This document shows, piece by piece, positions 41,483 through 42,764 of a DNA stretch of 42,764 bases (position 1 is its first letter; the number at the start of each line of letters is the position of its first letter). This stretch comes from a virus, in the IMG/VR virus record IMGVR_UViG_3300045988_053243. One strand, 5' to 3'. The position numbers and the translations under genes were made by a program. The notes beneath the pieces were generated by a model, which made no database searches, had not been told where the DNA came from, and was given only the letters and a program-made list of their open reading frames with translations.

Positions 41483-42571
41483 ATGAAAAAGAATGCCGAC
41501 GGTTATTACCGTGAGACCTTCACGTTCAAGGGCAGACGGTATGACGTAACCGCCAAGACAGAACGCGAGCTCTGGCGGAAAGTCGACGAGAAAAAGCGCC
41601 GCCTTGAAGAAGGTGTAGACGTGGTGAACGAGAACACGAGCGTCGATAAGTGGTTCGCGGAATACATCGAGACTTACAAAAAGCCGAAAGTGCAGCCGCG
41701 CACCTGTTCTGATCTGCAAGGCTATCTCAAGAACTACATAGCGCCGGAAATCGGCTCTATGCGACTGAAGAATGTTAGAACCGTGCACTTGCAGCGCATC
41801 ATGAACAGCGTTGCAGGCCGTTCCGCGTCCATGGCGTGCAAGCTGCGCGATCTTATCAAAGGCGCGTTCCGGCAGGCGCGTATTGACCGTGTAATCGTTT
41901 ACGACCCCTCAGAGGCACTGGTTATGCCGGAGACCAAAAACGGCACGCACAGGGCGATTACAGCCGACGAGCGCAAGCATATCCTGCACGTTGCCGAGAC
42001 GCATCGCGCCGGGCTCTGGGTGCTGTTCATGCTGTACACCGGTGCACGCCCGGACGAGACCAGGAAAGCGACATGGGACGATGTTCGCAGAAACGAACAA
42101 AAGATCATCCTGCACTCGTCCAAGACGGATTTCGGCGACAGAGCCGTTCCCCTGCATCCGGCGCTTGCTCCTCTGCTGACCGGCGGCAAAGGTTACATCT
42201 TCACACAGCCGACCACCGGCAAGCCGCACACAAAGCATTCCATGCGCCGCATGTGGGAGAGTTTCAAACGCGCCGTAGACATCGACATGGGAGCACACAC
42301 TTTCAAAGGCGGTGTTATCCCGGAGACTTCAAAGGTAGCCGTGGACCTCACGCCCTACTGCTTGCGTCACACCTACGCAACCGACCTGCAAACGGCAGGC
42401 GTTCCGATCAACGTTGCAAAGGACCTGCTGGGGCACAAGGAGATTTCGATGACAGCGCGTGTTTACACCCACCTGTCTGAGGAGGCGTTCGCCGCAGCGG
42501 TAGACAAGGTGGTTGCACTGGACGCCGCGCGTCGGAGCGGCAAACTGGCGGAAATTAAGTCCCACACTTAG
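41483..42571 (+). CDS. int: Tyrosine integrase
   Basis: ATG 41483 follows aggagg. The catalytic-domain motifs are TGARPDE, HSMRRMW, CLRHTYAT and LLGHKEISMTARVYTH. Confidence 0.9.
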   Translation: MKKNADGYYRETFTFKGRRYDVTAKTERELWRKVDEKKRRLEEGVDVVNENTSVDKWFAEYIETYKKPKVQPRTCSDLQGYLKNYIAPEIGSMRLKNVRTVHLQRIMNSVAGRSASMACKLRDLIKGAFRQARIDRVIVYDPSEALVMPETKNGTHRAITADERKHILHVAETHRAGLWVLFMLYTGARPDETRKATWDDVRRNEQKIILHSSKTDFGDRAVPLHPALAPLLTGGKGYIFTQPTTGKPHTKHSMRRMWESFKRAVDIDMGAHTFKGGVIPETSKVAVDLTPYCLRHTYATDLQTAGVPINVAKDLLGHKEISMTARVYTHLSEEAFAAAVDKVVALDAARRSGKLAEIKSHT

Positions 42572-42578
42572 TCCCACA
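42559..42578 (+). promoter_or_regulatory. Two direct copies of GTCCCACA, candidate integrase arm-type sites (right arm)
   Basis: gtcccaca occurs at 42559-42566 and 42571-42578, in the same orientation as the three copies at 114-165. Confidence 0.45.
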
Positions 42579-42670
42579 TCTAACACCCCCAAAAACCCCT
42601 AAAAAACCGCATTCCGGCGAATAAAGTCGAAATCAGCAAAACCGAGCATCAGAACATTCACAGCCGGAAT

Positions 42671-42708
42671 AAAAGAAAAAGTCCCGCAAACAAAGCTGTT
42701 TACGGAAC
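42671..42708 (-). terminator. Intrinsic terminator of the tRNA-Pro gene, supplied by phage DNA
   Basis: On the minus strand: gttccgtaaaca/gctt/tgtttgcgggac, a 12-bp stem with two G-U pairs valid only on the minus strand, followed by tttttctttt. It starts 9 nt after the CCA end. Confidence 0.65.
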
Positions 42709-42709
42709 T

Positions 42710-42764
42710 TTTTATCTGGTCCGAGTGACAGGATTCGAACCTGCGGCATCCTGCTCCCAAAGCA
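42710..42764. repeat. att core direct repeat, right copy (truncated by window edge)
   Basis: Identical to 1-55. Confidence 0.9.
42717..42764 (-). tRNA. tRNA-Pro(UGG), 3' 48 nt only; the 5' part lies beyond the window
   Basis: The structure elements are the same as in the left copy. The 5' continuation lies on the bacterial side of the junction, so this copy is presumably the intact gene. C1:G72-compatible acceptor and A73 fit tRNA-Pro. Confidence 0.7.

Larger units (their letters stand above)
1..42764. mobile_element. Integrated temperate tailed prophage (siphovirus-type gene order), essentially complete, inserted at the 3' end of a tRNA-Pro gene
   Basis: Exact 55-bp direct repeat at both window edges. 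A tyrosine integrase sits next to the right repeat. Lysogeny, replication/recombination, packaging, head, tail and lysis modules are all present, nearly all on the minus strand. Confidence 0.9.

Overview
The window is one essentially complete integrated temperate prophage of about 42.7 kb with siphovirus-type gene order. It is bounded by an exact 55-bp direct repeat (1-55 = 42710-42764) that carries the 3' part of a tRNA-Pro(UGG) gene. Both copies are cut by the window edges. Gene families and RBS style suggest a moderately GC-rich Clostridia-type Firmicutes host; this is inference and nothing was computed. Almost all genes are on the minus strand. From right to left the order is:
- integrase, a CI-like/Cro-like switch and an antirepressor;
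- a second divergent HTH pair, tiny membrane peptides and a repeat-laden non-coding zone;
- a recombination/replication block: Rad52-like annealase, NinB-like, HNH, SSB, replisome organizer, RusA and an SNF2 helicase;
- an N4/N6 methyltransferase, ASCH, Lar-like and DUF3310-like genes, then a sigma-like late regulator;
- an accessory island between that regulator and terS;
- TerS/TerL, portal, head, tail, holin/amidase and a post-lysis cargo region.

Observations most worth follow-up:
1. An ORF-poor, hairpin-dense block of about 0.85 kb (23441-24290) looks like a large structured RNA.
2. Strictly 11-bp-phased TGCCCT arrays flank a small excisionase-type HTH gene (36.1-37.3 kb).
3. A roughly 0.7-kb segment (1265-1965) appears inverted, and flipping it restores two intact cargo genes.
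4. An early two-gene operon encodes a protein with RAMP-like motifs and a protein with a 10 x 27-bp tandem repeat.
5. An RHH-controlled opposite-strand three-gene cassette has palindromic operators.

Functional calls rest on motif recognition by eye. No searches or folding were run.
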